From the NCBI RefSeq assembly GCF_045037415.1, contig NZ_CP173438.1: a stretch of DNA of 64,000 nt, one strand, 5' to 3'. Positions within the stretch are counted from its first letter, which is position 1. Each line of letters opens with the position of its first letter. Made by a program: the position numbers and the translations under genes. The notes under the pieces are model-generated. The model was not told the origin of the DNA. It worked only from the letters and a program-made list of their open reading frames with translations, and did no database searches. This document shows positions 34,277 through 45,019 of the stretch, one piece after another. The DNA is from Escherichia coli. Lineage in GTDB: Bacteria; Pseudomonadota; Gammaproteobacteria; Enterobacterales; Enterobacteriaceae.

Positions 34277-35956
34277 GTGAACAAAATATTTTCCTCACAT
34301 GTGATGCCTTTCCGCGCTCTGATCGACGCTTGCTGGAAAGAAAAATATACTGCCGCACGGTTTACCCGTGACCTGATTGCCGGGATAACCGTCGGGATTA
34401 TTGCTATCCCGCTGGCGATGGCGTTGGCTATTGGTAGTGGTGTGGCACCCCAGTACGGTTTATATACCGCAGCTGTTGCGGGGATTGTCATTGCTCTGAC
34501 GGGAGGGTCACGCTTTAGCGTTTCCGGTCCGACTGCGGCATTTGTGGTAATTCTCTATCCCGTTTCGCAACAGTTTGGACTGGCAGGACTGCTGGTTGCG
34601 ACCTTGCTGTCGGGGATCTTTTTGATTCTGATGGGGCTGGCACGCTTTGGTCGCCTGATTGAGTATATTCCGGTTTCCGTCACCTTAGGTTTCACCTCGG
34701 GTATCGGGATCACCATCGGTACCATGCAGATTAAAGATTTTCTCGGTCTGCAAATGGCCCATGTCCCGGAACATTATCTACAAAAAGTCGGCGCATTATT
34801 TATGGCGCTGCCGACCATTAATGTGGGTGATGCAGCCATTGGCATTGTGACGCTTGGCATTCTGGTTTTCTGGCCGCGTCTGGGCATACGTTTACCCGGC
34901 CACCTTCCGGCCTTGCTGGCTGGTTGCGCGGTGATGGGGATTGTTAACCTGCTCGGCGGACATGTTGCTACCATCGGTTCGCAATTCCACTACGTCCTGG
35001 CCGATGGTTCTCAGGGTAACGGTATTCCGCAACTGCTGCCGCAACTGGTGCTGCCGTGGGATCTGCCTAATTCAGAATTCACGCTAACCTGGGATTCTAT
35101 TCGCACACTGCTGCCTGCGGCATTCTCAATGGCAATGCTCGGCGCAATCGAATCTCTGCTCTGCGCCGTGGTGCTGGATGGTATGACCGGGACGAAACAC
35201 AAGGCGAACAGCGAACTGGTTGGACAGGGACTGGGGAATATTATCGCTCCGTTCTTTGGTGGCATTACCGCTACAGCTGCCATCGCGCGTTCTGCCGCTA
35301 ACGTCCGTGCCGGGGCAACTTCCCCTATCTCGGCGGTGATCCACTCTATTCTGGTTATTCTTGCCCTGCTGGTACTGGCACCGCTGCTCTCCTGGCTGCC
35401 ACTTTCCGCCATGGCAGCCCTGCTGTTGATGGTGGCGTGGAACATGAGTGAAGCGCACAAAGTGGTCGACTTGCTGCGTCATGCACCGAAAGATGACATC
35501 ATCGTCATGCTGCTGTGCATGTCGCTGACCGTGCTGTTCGATATGGTTATTGCCATCAGCGTGGGGATCGTGCTGGCATCGCTGCTGTTTATGCGTCGTA
35601 TCGCACGTATGACTCGCCTGGCACCGGTAGTCGTAGACGTTCCAGACGATGTCCTGGTTCTGCGCGTTATTGGCCCGCTGTTTTTTGCTGCCGCTGAAGG
35701 CTTATTCACGGACCTGGAGTCACGTCTTGAAGGCAAACGGATTGTGATTCTGAAGTGGGATGCCGTTCCGGTACTTGATGCTGGTGGTCTTGATGCGTTC
35801 CAGCGTTTTGTGAAGCGTCTGCCCGAAGGATGTGAACTGCGCGTGTGCAACCTGGAATTCCAGCCACTGCGCACTATGGCTCGCGCAGGCATTCAACCGA
35901 TCCCGGGACGCCTCGCATTCTTCCCGAATCGTCGCGCGGCGATGGCGGATTTATAA
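34277..35956 (+). CDS. dauA: C4-dicarboxylic acid transporter DauA (SulP family, STAS domain)
   Basis: 559-aa [32 protein letters not shown]... Confidence 0.96.
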   Translation: MNKIFSSHVMPFRALIDACWKEKYTAARFTRDLIAGITVGIIAIPLAMALAIGSGVAPQYGLYTAAVAGIVIALTGGSRFSVSGPTAAFVVILYPVSQQFGLAGLLVATLLSGIFLILMGLARFGRLIEYIPVSVTLGFTSGIGITIGTMQIKDFLGLQMAHVPEHYLQKVGALFMALPTINVGDAAIGIVTLGILVFWPRLGIRLPGHLPALLAGCAVMGIVNLLGGHVATIGSQFHYVLADGSQGNGIPQLLPQLVLPWDLPNSEFTLTWDSIRTLLPAAFSMAMLGAIESLLCAVVLDGMTGTKHKANSELVGQGLGNIIAPFFGGITATAAIARSAANVRAGATSPISAVIHSILVILALLVLAPLLSWLPLSAMAALLLMVAWNMSEAHKVVDLLRHAPKDDIIVMLLCMSLTVLFDMVIAISVGIVLASLLFMRRIARMTRLAPVVVDVPDDVLVLRVIGPLFFAAAEGLFTDLESRLEGKRIVILKWDAVPVLDAGGLDAFQRFVKRLPEGCELRVCNLEFQPLRTMARAGIQPIPGRLAFFPNRRAAMADL

Positions 35957-35966
35957 GTACGAGATT

Positions 35967-35992
35967 GACCAGTCAGCGCAAACTGACTGGTC
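35967..35992. terminator. Hairpin between convergent dauA and ychH
   Basis: GACCAGTCAG-CGCAAA-CTGACTGGTC forms a 10-bp perfect stem with weak U-tracts. Confidence 0.5.
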
Positions 35993-36010
35993 AGCAAACT
36001 GCATTATTTG

Positions 36011-36289
36011 TTAGCTATGACGGCGATTATCGCTACGGCGGCAACGTTTGTCATAGTGGCGAACCCACCAGTAACGGTCGCACACCTGTTCATGCCCGCC
36101 AACACGGGCACCCGCCAGCCAGAGAATCGCACCGACGAAAATACTTAGCACAGCACCATGTGCGAAATACTGGGGCATATTAAACTGTGGTAACTGGTTG
36201 AGGATTGAATACCCCACGCCGACCACCATTACCACCAGACCCAACCCCATGAGCACGTTACCGAGTAACGAAGCGTTTTTGCGTTTCAT
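36011..36289 (-). CDS. ychH: Stress-induced small membrane protein YchH
   Basis: 92-aa ORF MKRKNASLLGNVLMGLGLVVMVVGVGYS... Confidence 0.92.
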   Translation of the reverse strand: MKRKNASLLGNVLMGLGLVVMVVGVGYSILNQLPQFNMPQYFAHGAVLSIFVGAILWLAGARVGGHEQVCDRYWWVRHYDKRCRRSDNRRHS

Positions 36290-36566
36290 ATGTCACCTCC
36301 GGAACTTTCTGGGTTGTAACAGGGAATACCCCTCTTCCTTATGTGTAAAGTATAGACAACACCCTGTGGGTTATGTGCGGGTGTGATCACAATTACAACC
36401 CTTATTTCAACAAAACTTTACAAATAAACGCCTGAACACCTTGACTTTCTAATAGTCCACTTAGGCAATAATTGCATTATCTGCATTTGATACGCAGTTT
36501 TTTGTCAAGCGGGGCCGCAACCAGTAAACTACGCGCCAGTTATGTACACACTCAGGACAAAAAAAC

Positions 36567-37151
36567 GTGACGATTAAATTGATTGTCGGCCTGGCGAACC
36601 CCGGTGCTGAATACGCCGCAACGCGACATAATGCTGGTGCCTGGTTCGTTGACTTACTGGCAGAGCGATTGCGCGCTCCGCTGCGCGAAGAGGCTAAATT
36701 CTTTGGTTATACTTCGCGAGTCACCCTTGGAGGCGAAGATGTCCGCCTGTTAGTCCCGACTACATTTATGAATCTCAGCGGCAAAGCCGTTGCGGCGATG
36801 GCCAGTTTTTTCCGCATTAATCCGGACGAAATTCTGGTGGCCCACGACGAACTGGATCTGCCTCCTGGCGTCGCCAAATTTAAGTTGGGTAGCGGTCATG
36901 GTGGTCACAATGGACTGAAAGACATCATCAGTAAATTGGGTAATAACCCTAACTTTCACCGTTTACGCATCGGAATCGGTCATCCGGGCGATAAAAATAA
37001 AGTTGTCGGTTTTGTGTTAGGCAAACCGCCTGTTAGTGAACAGAAGTTAATTGATGAAGCCATCGACGAAGCGGCGCGTTGTACTGAAATGTGGTTTACA
37101 GATGGCTTGACCAAAGCAACGAACCGATTGCACGCCTTTAAAGCGCAATAA
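36567..37151 (+). CDS. pth: Peptidyl-tRNA hydrolase
   Basis: 194 aa with a GTG start, (M)[25 protein letters not shown]... Confidence 0.96.
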   Translation: MTIKLIVGLANPGAEYAATRHNAGAWFVDLLAERLRAPLREEAKFFGYTSRVTLGGEDVRLLVPTTFMNLSGKAVAAMASFFRINPDEILVAHDELDLPPGVAKFKLGSGHGGHNGLKDIISKLGNNPNFHRLRIGIGHPGDKNKVVGFVLGKPPVSEQKLIDEAIDEAARCTEMWFTDGLTKATNRLHAFKAQ

Positions 37152-37267
37152 GTCGTTGTCTGCGGCATTTTTGCCGAGTGCCGTGTATAATAGGCAAAGT
37201 TATTTCCATTTCTGCAATCTGTTAGCAATAACAGGTTGATTATTAAGATATTAAGGTGATTTAAATC

Positions 37268-38359
37268 ATGGGATTCAAATGCGGTATCGTCGGTTTGCCC
37301 AACGTCGGGAAATCTACCCTGTTCAACGCGCTGACCAAAGCCGGTATTGAAGCGGCCAACTTTCCATTCTGCACCATTGAGCCGAACACTGGCGTCGTAC
37401 CAATGCCTGACCCTCGCCTGGATCAACTGGCTGAAATCGTAAAACCGCAGCGTACACTTCCCACGACCATGGAATTTGTCGATATCGCCGGTCTGGTAAA
37501 AGGCGCATCGAAAGGCGAAGGTCTGGGTAACCAGTTCCTGACCAACATCCGTGAAACCGAAGCGATCGGTCACGTTGTTCGCTGCTTTGAAAATGACAAC
37601 ATCATTCACGTTTCCGGCAAAGTTAACCCGGCGGATGATATTGAAGTTATCAACACCGAACTGGCGCTGGCGGATCTCGACACCTGTGAACGTGCGATTC
37701 ATCGCGTACAGAAGAAAGCCAAAGGTGGCGATAAAGACGCGAAAGCCGAGCTGGCGGTACTGGAAAAATGCCTGCCCCAGCTGGAAAACGCAGGTATGCT
37801 GCGCGCGCTGGATTTAAGCGCTGAAGAGAAAGCGGCTGTTCGTTACCTGAGCTTCCTGACGCTAAAACCAACAATGTACATCGCCAACGTCAACGAAGAC
37901 GGTTTTGAAAACAACCCGTATCTTGACCAGGTGCGTGAAATCGCAGCGAAAGAAGGTTCTGTTGTAGTTCCGGTTTGTGCTGCTGTTGAAGCAGACATTG
38001 CCGAACTGGACGACGAAGAGCGTGACGAGTTTATGCAGGAGCTTGGGCTGGAAGAGCCGGGCCTGAACCGTGTGATCCGTGCCGGTTATAAGCTGCTGAA
38101 CCTGCAAACTTACTTCACCGCTGGGGTGAAAGAAGTGCGTGCATGGACCATTCCGGTTGGTGCAACCGCGCCGCAGGCAGCGGGCAAAATCCATACTGAT
38201 TTTGAAAAAGGCTTTATCCGTGCACAAACCATCTCGTTTGAAGATTTCATCACTTACAAAGGTGAACAAGGCGCGAAAGAAGCAGGCAAAATGCGTGCAG
38301 AAGGCAAAGATTACATCGTTAAAGATGGCGATGTGATGAACTTCCTGTTCAACGTCTAA
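37268..38359 (+). CDS. ychF: Ribosome-binding ATPase YchF (Obg family)
   Basis: 363 aa with the P-loop GLPNVGKST. Confidence 0.97.
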   Translation: MGFKCGIVGLPNVGKSTLFNALTKAGIEAANFPFCTIEPNTGVVPMPDPRLDQLAEIVKPQRTLPTTMEFVDIAGLVKGASKGEGLGNQFLTNIRETEAIGHVVRCFENDNIIHVSGKVNPADDIEVINTELALADLDTCERAIHRVQKKAKGGDKDAKAELAVLEKCLPQLENAGMLRALDLSAEEKAAVRYLSFLTLKPTMYIANVNEDGFENNPYLDQVREIAAKEGSVVVPVCAAVEADIAELDDEERDEFMQELGLEEPGLNRVIRAGYKLLNLQTYFTAGVKEVRAWTIPVGATAPQAAGKIHTDFEKGFIRAQTISFEDFITYKGEQGAKEAGKMRAEGKDYIVKDGDVMNFLFNV

Positions 38360-38417
38360 ATTAAATCTGCTGTCTCATGAGGTTTCACTGAATCTCATAA
38401 GAACCGTAAAACTCTAT

Positions 38418-38445
38418 AAAATCCACGCAATTGCGTGGATTTTTC
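38418..38445 (+). terminator. Rho-independent terminator after ychF
   Basis: ATCCACGCAA/TTGCGTGGAT is a perfect 10-bp palindrome followed by TTTT. Confidence 0.85.
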
Positions 38446-38488
38446 ATTTCGCAATGTCTCAATTCATCTCATAACAACGCTGTCAAAA

Positions 38489-38541
38489 ATGAGTACATGG
38501 ATGAGTACAACATTCTTCCATCTTCATTTTAAGTGAGTACA
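38489..38541 (+). repeat. Three direct copies of TGAGTACA upstream of the island integrase (candidate arm-type/att sites)
   Basis: ATGAGTACA at 38489-38497 and at 38501-38509, and GTGAGTACA at 38533-38541, all between the ychF terminator and the integrase ATG. Confidence 0.7.
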
Positions 38542-38573
38542 ATAACGGTATAATAAATAAACAAGGCCCCGTT

Positions 38574-39749
38574 ATGCTCACTGATACGCAATGCCGCACT
38601 GCTAAGCCGAAAGAAAAACTCTATCGACTTAATGATTTCAATGGTCTCTACCTCGAAGTGAAACCCAATGGTAAAAAGGCATGGCGCTATCGGTTTAAAC
38701 TCAACGGTAAATCCAGCATGTTTGCGCTGGGTGAGTACCCGACGGTAAAACTTGCCGAAGCTCGCGAGAAATGCGAGCAAGCGCGTAAGCAAGTCGCAGA
38801 TGGAGTTAGCCCAACACAGGCTCGTCAGTTAGATAAGATCCGCAAGGTCAACGACGCATCCAACACCTTTGAGCTAATCGCTAAAGAATGGTTGCAGATG
38901 AAAGACTGGGCCGGAATTACCAAAACGCGGCGACTGGATATGCTTGAACGTGTGGTTTTTCCCGCCATCGGTAAGCTCCCTGTCAGAGAGATCACTCCAC
39001 ACCATATACTTAAAATTCTTCAGGAAACCGCTAAACGAGGAGCACCAACAGTTGCCGCTGAAGCCCGTCGCACCATTTCATCAGTTTTTGAGTTGGCAGT
39101 CGCGACGCTTAGAGCTGATAGCGATCCCGTATGGCCTGTGCGCAAGGCCCTTCCGGCTAATAAGACACAGCACAAACAGGCACTAAATCCCCAACAAATC
39201 GGAAAGTTACTAAGCTGTTTTGACAATAGTCGTGGCTCGTATCAGGTTAACTATTGCATGTGGCTTATGTGGTGGACATTGGCGCGTCCTGCAGAAGCCA
39301 CCGAAGCAGAATGGACAGAATTCAATCTTGATAACGCCCTATGGACTATTCCGGCAGCGCGAATGAAAGCCCGCAGAGAACACGTTATTCCCCTACCCTT
39401 CCAAGCTGTCAAAATGCTCAGAACACTACAGGGATTAACCGGGCATCGGCAGCACCTTTTCCCGGGCAGAGACAATCCGCTAGGTCCAATGACATCGCAC
39501 TCACTGCGCCAGCTACTTAAAAGCCTCGGCTGGAGTGGTACATATAGCCCACATGCAACCCGGACCACAGGAAGTACCCGTTTAAACGAGTTGGGCTATC
39601 GACCTGATGCTATTGAGGCCCAACTTGCGCACGCTGATACCAACAATGTTCGTCGCACATACAACCATGCAACTTATCTTGATGAGCGTAAAGTGATGAT
39701 GCAGGAATGGGCTGATATGTTGGACAAATGGGTAGCAGGATTCAAGTAG
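38574..39749 (+). CDS. int: P4/CP4-57-type tyrosine integrase
   Basis: 391 aa. The N-terminus MLTDTQCRTAKPKEKLYRLNDFNGLYLEVKPNGKKAWRYRF is a DUF4102-type arm-binding domain. C-terminal catalytic contexts are ARPAE, HSLRQ, HATRTTGST, LAHAD and RTYNH. Confidence 0.9.
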   Translation: MLTDTQCRTAKPKEKLYRLNDFNGLYLEVKPNGKKAWRYRFKLNGKSSMFALGEYPTVKLAEAREKCEQARKQVADGVSPTQARQLDKIRKVNDASNTFELIAKEWLQMKDWAGITKTRRLDMLERVVFPAIGKLPVREITPHHILKILQETAKRGAPTVAAEARRTISSVFELAVATLRADSDPVWPVRKALPANKTQHKQALNPQQIGKLLSCFDNSRGSYQVNYCMWLMWWTLARPAEATEAEWTEFNLDNALWTIPAARMKARREHVIPLPFQAVKMLRTLQGLTGHRQHLFPGRDNPLGPMTSHSLRQLLKSLGWSGTYSPHATRTTGSTRLNELGYRPDAIEAQLAHADTNNVRRTYNHATYLDERKVMMQEWADMLDKWVAGFK

Positions 39750-39859
39750 AACTTGCTGCACAAAGTGAACCACGAGGATAGAACTTATTCCTCAAGGTTC
39801 TGGAGTGCCCCCAAGCCCGTAGACAAATCTGCCCTATAGTTTGAGCATAGGAGGAGTCT

Positions 39860-40144
39860 ATGGGCACACCACGATTTACCCCAGAGTTTAAGGAAGAAGC
39901 TGTCCGTCAGGTCACTGAACGGGGCTATTCCGTTGCCGATGTTTCTGAACGCCTCGGCGTATCGGCTCACAGCCTTTATAAGTGGGTCCGGTCAGTCAGA
40001 CCGGATAACAGCGGGCATCAGGCGCAGGATTTACTGGATGCGCGGACGGAGATTCTCAGGCTTAAAGCGCAGCTTAAACGTACTGAGGAAGAACGGGATA
40101 TTCTGAAAAAGGCAGCGCGGTACTTTGCAAGGGAGCCCGACTGA
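39860..40144 (+). CDS. IS3-family transposase OrfA (HTH)
   Basis: 94-aa ORF MGTPRFTPEFKEEAVRQVTERGYSVADVSERLGVSAHSLYKWV... followed by a leucine-zipper-like tail. Confidence 0.85.
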   Translation: MGTPRFTPEFKEEAVRQVTERGYSVADVSERLGVSAHSLYKWVRSVRPDNSGHQAQDLLDARTEILRLKAQLKRTEEERDILKKAARYFAREPD

Positions 40145-40546
40145 AGTACCGCTTCATCAACGATCACCGTGAAATCTGGTCGATCGTAACAATGTGTCGG
40201 GTTCTGAAGGTCGCCCGTGCGGGATTTTACGTCTGGCTTCATCGCCCTGTTTCTGCCGGAGAAAAGGATAATCAGCGGTTGCTGGAGCTCATCCGCGATG
40301 CTTATGCACTGAGCGGCGGAGTCTACGGTTATCGCAGGGTTCACGGCGATCTTCGTGAAATCGGTGAAGTATGCAGCAGAAACCGTGTTGCCAGAATCAT
40401 GAAGCGGAACAGGATACAGGCCGTACATGGCTATAAGGTCCCGCGTGGCGTCAGGGGAAGGCCGTCACTGATAGCTCCTAATCGCGTACAGAGGGAATTT
40501 ACGATGGTAAAACCCAACCAGGTGTGGGTGACTGATATTACCTACA
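40105..40546 (+). CDS. IS3-family transposase OrfB, 5' exon (entered by -1 frameshift near CTGAAAAAGG)
   Basis: The -1 frame is open from 40087 and reads ...LKYRFINDHREIWSIVTMCRVLKVARAGFY...QVWVTDITY. It is then cut by the intron after 40546. Confidence 0.75.
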
Positions 40547-42815
40547 GTGTGCCCGGAGTTCAGGGCGGGCATGGATGCTTAAATGAACCGCGAGTCTGTC
40601 TGGAATATTGAGCCGGTAACTCACGATGAGAAACCCAACAATCCCACCGGGTGTGACGGTGGAGAACCTGAGCGGCAGTGACCTGCGGCATGCCCGCAGG
40701 GTGATGTAACCCGCTGACAACGGGGATTGAGGCGAGATCACTAAGCCGAGATGATCCTCAAGGTTAAGTACTGAAAGGCTGAAGAACATGAACCCGTTAA
40801 TCCGCCTCTGTGGGTTGAAAACGTCACCACGGCCTACGTGATCTGACAGGCCGTGCAGGAGGAACTGGCAGTGATACGTAAGCACTGCCGGTCGAAGGTG
40901 TTTTGACATGTATGCGAAACACCGGGGCAGCAGCGTCTATCACGCTTGCGTTGCTGACTTCTGCCAACTTGCGGCAAGCAAGGATAAAGAGTGCGACGGG
41001 CAGCCTCCTCAGTATGCCTGAGTCCAGGCAGGTAAACCGGGGAAGGTCAGCGACGGATGTTAAGGGGGCATGGCTCCGATGACGCGCTGGCTGGCGGAGC
41101 TTCCGTAGTAGTCCGCGATGGGGAAAGCCCATTACATGGCGAAGGGAAGCAGTTTGAATGTGTTTGCGACGTGAATTAACTGACCTAACGAGGTGAAGAC
41201 CTTTGATAATCAGCGAAATGCAACGCAAGCTTGCCACATGGGCAGTCACCGATCCGTCCCTACGGATTCAACGGCTGCTGCGTCTGATAACACAACCAGA
41301 ATGGCTGGCTGAAGCGGCGCGGATCACGCTTTCATCAAAGGGGGCCCATACCCCCGGCGTTGATGGCGTGAACAAAACAATGCTACAGGCCAGACTGGCT
41401 GTTGAGCTGCAAATCCTCAGGGATGAATTACTCTCAGGCCACTACCAGCCCTTGCCCGCCAGACGGGTTTACATCCCTAAAAGCAACGGCAAACTGCGAC
41501 CACTGGGTATCCCCGCGTTGCGGGATCGTATTGTTCAGCGGGCCATGCTGATGGCGATGGAGCCGATATGGGAGAGTGATTTTCATACGCTCTCATATGG
41601 CTTCCGGCCTGAGCGCAGTGTCCACCACGCGATCCGCACGGTGAAATTACAGCTCACAGACTGTGGTGAAACCCGGGGACGCTGGGTGATTGAAGGCGAC
41701 CTGTCCAGTTACTTCGACACCGTACATCATCGACTGCTGATGAAGGCTGTACGCCGCAGGATCAGTGACGCACGTTTCATGACTCTGCTGTGGAAAACCA
41801 TCAAGGCGGGACATATCGATGTCGGTCTCTTTCGGGCGGCCAGTGAAGGTGTGCCACAGGGCGGTGTTATATCGCCGCTATTATCGAACATCATGCTGAA
41901 TGAGTTCGATCAATACCTGCATGAGCGCTACCTGAGCGGGAAAGCCAGAAAAGATCGGTGGTACTGGAATAACAGTATCCAACGGGGCCGAAGTACGGCG
42001 GTCAGAGAAAACTGGCAGTGGAAACCCGCGGTGGCGTACTGCCGCTATGCCGATGATTTTGTCCTCATCGTCAAAGGCACCAAAGCACAGGCGGAAGCCA
42101 TCAGGGAGGAGTGTCGGGGTGTGCTCGAAGGCAGTCTGAAACTCAGGCTGAACATGGATAAGACTAAAATCACCCATGTTAATGACGGCTTTATCTTTCT
42201 GGGGCACAGGATCATTCGCAAACGCAGTCGTTATGGCGAGATGCGAGTGGTTCAACGATCCCGCAGGAGAAAGCCAGAAACTTCGCCGCATCGCTGACAG
42301 CACTGTTATCAGGCAACTACAGTGAAAGCAAAGTCGATATGGCTGAACAACTCAACCGAAAACTGAAAGGCTGGGCCATGTTCTATCAGTTCGTTGATTT
42401 TAAGGCCAAAGTCTTCAGTTATATCGACCGTGTCGTGTTCTGGAAGCTGGCTCACTGGCTGGCCCGCAAATACCGTACAGGTATCGCTTCCCTGATGAGG
42501 TGGTGGTGTAAATCACCGAAACCGGGTCAGAGCAAAACGTGGGTTTTATTTGGTAAAACCAATCACGGCAAGCTCAGCGGCGAAATACTGTACCGGTTGG
42601 TGGGGCAAGGCAAGAAGCTGTTCCGCTGGCGGCTACCCGAAGGTAATCCCTATCTGAGGACGGAGACCAGAAACACGTATACATCGCGCTTTACAGAAGT
42701 GGCAATGGCGTTCGCCAGCATTTAAATGGAGAGCCGGATGCGCTGAAAGGTGCACGTCCGGTTCGGGGAGGAGAGGCAGGGAAATAGTCCGACTACGCCC
42801 TGCCTCTTACTCTAC
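40547..42815 (+). mobile_element. Bacterial group II intron (ribozyme plus RT/maturase ORF)
   Basis: The 5' end is GTGTG (GUGYG) and the 3' end is ...CTAC (AY). Joining 40546 to 42816 restores DITY|IRTWQGWLYLAVVIDLF of orfB. Domain V is GAGCCGGATGCGCTGAAAGGTGCACGTCCGGTTC at 42731-42764, followed by a domain VI hairpin. Confidence 0.9.
41203..42725 (+). pseudogene. Group II intron-encoded reverse transcriptase/maturase, frameshifted
   Basis: ORF 41203..42297 carries the RT motifs (LGIPALRDRIVQ, YADDFVLIV). ORF 42339..42725 carries the maturase X domain (KLKGWAMFYQF...). The shifted frame TIPQEKARNFAASLTALLSG bridges the two ORFs. A T appears to be missing at GGTT|CAACG, about 42249-42253. Confidence 0.8.
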
Positions 42816-43264
42816 TCCGCACCTGGCAGGGTTGGCTGTATCTGGCGGTGGTTATCGATCTTTTTGCCCGTAATGTGGTGGGCTGGTCGATGAAACCAAC
42901 GCTGTCGCGCGAGCTGGCACTGGATGCGCTGCTGATGGCAGTCTGGCGGCGTAAGCCTGCAGAAAACGTCATAGTGCACAGCGATCAGGGCAGTCAGTAT
43001 GGCAGTGATGACTGGCAGCGGTTCTGCAGGGCCAACAATCTGGCGCCGAGTATGAGCCGTCGTGGCAACTGCTGGGATAATGCGGTGGCAGAATCGTTCT
43101 TCAGTTCACTGAAAAAAGAGCGCATCAGAAAGCGGATATATAAAACCCGGGACATGGCCCGGGCGGATATCTTCGATTACATTGAAGTGTTCTACAACCG
43201 GACCCGGCGCCACAGTCATCTGGGTGGCGTCAGCCCGGAGGCCTTCGAAAAGGCCTCACCGTGA
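42816..43264 (+). CDS. IS3-family transposase OrfB, 3' exon (DDE/rve domain)
   Basis: Reads IRTWQGWLYLAVVIDLFARNVVGWSM...HSDQGSQY...CWDNAVAESFF...YNRTRRHSHLGG, a typical rve integrase core. Confidence 0.85.
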
Positions 43265-43581
43265 GGACAGAAACTGTCTACCGGAATGTGGTCACTCCAC
43301 TTGAGTCGTCTTGCTGTACTCCTTTGGCCAATCCATTTAGCTCTCCAACGTGATGTTTTCAACGGTAACAAAAGTAACAATATAACATGCAGTCATTTCA
43401 ACGATCTCAGTGTTACCACCCATTTTGAGCAATCATATCAAAGTAACAAAAGGGGAATATTGTGTGGTTCATCGCTGAAAGCAGGCTAAGATCACCTGCC
43501 GGCTATGCATATCATGAAAGTGCTAAATGTCCCGTCTTGTTTATCAACCGAGATAAGCTGTAATTGACTGAGTGGCTCCCC

Positions 43582-43752
43582 TTAATGCTTTTTCTCAATC
43601 AACAGATATGGATGGGACCAGTCAGTGACCTCTTTATATGAAAAAAACCCATCGTGCTCCAGTGCGCAAACGCCCTTATGACTGGCAACGTAATCGTAAA
43701 CAGCCCGGCTTTCCAGTCCCTGTAACATGTGCGAAAGCAGCTTTCGGCGCAT
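43582..43752 (-). CDS. Hypothetical 56-aa protein (below ORF-track cut-off)
   Basis: ATG at 43752 gives MRRKLLSHMLQGLESRAVYDYVASHKGVCALEHDGFFSYKEVTDWSHPYLLIEKKH*. I found no recognisable motif, and coding status is uncertain. Confidence 0.25.
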   Translation of the reverse strand: MRRKLLSHMLQGLESRAVYDYVASHKGVCALEHDGFFSYKEVTDWSHPYLLIEKKH

Positions 43753-43870
43753 CACATCTGACTTCCTGCGTTTACTGTCAACAACGGGTAATAAAGTGAT
43801 CCACTAACCGTCACCACCAACGGTTTAATATTGATCCACCTTGTTTACTCAGGATTAGCTTCAGGTATAA

Positions 43871-44177
<307 letters not shown>

Positions 44178-44339
44178 CTATGAAGTGGATAGCTGTAGCA
44201 GCAGGTCCGCTGTTGTGAAGCGAACCTTGATGCCTGCCCGTAGCGGCGGACGCCCATGGCACAGGTGCCGCAGGCGAGCATGCGTTCAACGGAGAGTCGG
44301 GTCCATTAGCTGATGCTGTCAGCGTATTTTTCGAGGAAT

Positions 44340-44543
44340 TTATGTAAGAAGCGTCAAAATGAAAGCGCCAACTAATAATGACAGAATTAATAAAATACCA
44401 GTAAGCGCGTATGCTATACCTTTTCCAATCTCGTTTTTTATGGTACGTCCAATTGAATAAAGGATTAAAGATACCGATAGCAAAACTATCAAAATAAAAC
44501 CATACACTAACGCTGCAAGTGGGCCTGGGTTACTCATAATCAT
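44340..44543 (-). CDS. Hypothetical small membrane protein (two TM helices)
   Basis: 67 aa, with an AAAGG Shine-Dalgarno before the ATG. It has two long hydrophobic segments and lies in an AT-rich context. Confidence 0.45.
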   Translation of the reverse strand: MIMSNPGPLAALVYGFILIVLLSVSLILYSIGRTIKNEIGKGIAYALTGILLILSLLVGAFILTLLT

Positions 44544-45019
44544 CCTTTATGTTTGAAAATATTCTTATTAATACTATGCTGCTTCCTGTCTGATTCTTTT
44601 GGTAGTAATGCTGATGGGAATTTGCAATCACATCTCTCCATGTGTACATATCAGTAGAGAAAATACCTGAAAGTGGTCTCCAGAGGGGCCGCATAATGGG
44701 TCAACATGGTAAATCTTTACCAAGTTTTGATGCTCCGGAAACGCTTAAGGGCCGTAAAATAGAATGGGAATACGAAAATCTCACCCACGGCAACAAGGCA
44801 TACAACGGATACGTGACGGCCATTCTTAACTGAAATGAAGATAGCGATAATCAGGATGGCTAAAATAAAAAACGCAGGTATCAAAATCATTCCCATGACT
44901 CACGCCCCAGTGAAGTAACATATTATTCACAAATAGATTATTTCCCCGCCTCAGCTTAAACGCCTCTGTTGTAACAGTTTATCAACACCGTGAACTATGC
45001 AACTGTGCTTTTTTATGGC

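Larger units (their letters stand above)
39801..43299 (+). mobile_element. IS3-family insertion sequence (1230 bp) carrying a 2269-bp group II intron in orfB
   Basis: The left end is TGGAGTGCCCCCAAGCCCGTAGACA. The reverse complement of the right end is TGGAGTGACCACATTCCGGTAGACA. It has orfA/orfB organisation. I could not identify flanking direct repeats. Confidence 0.8.

Noticed and set aside
36980-37702. 240-aa minus-strand ORF spanning the pth-ychF junction
   Set aside because: It is antisense to two well-recognised genes and crosses their intergenic region, so I treat it as a shadow ORF.
40538-41249. Minus-strand ORFs (123 aa and 141 aa) in the 5' part of the group II intron
   Set aside because: They fall in ribozyme domains I-III of the intron, antisense to the intron RNA, and have no coding features.
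39798-43303. Target-site duplication flanking the IS3-family element
   Set aside because: The flanks read GTTC on the left and CTTG on the right, with no matching 3-4 bp direct repeat. Either the ends are off by a base or the IS mediated a rearrangement. No duplication is claimed.
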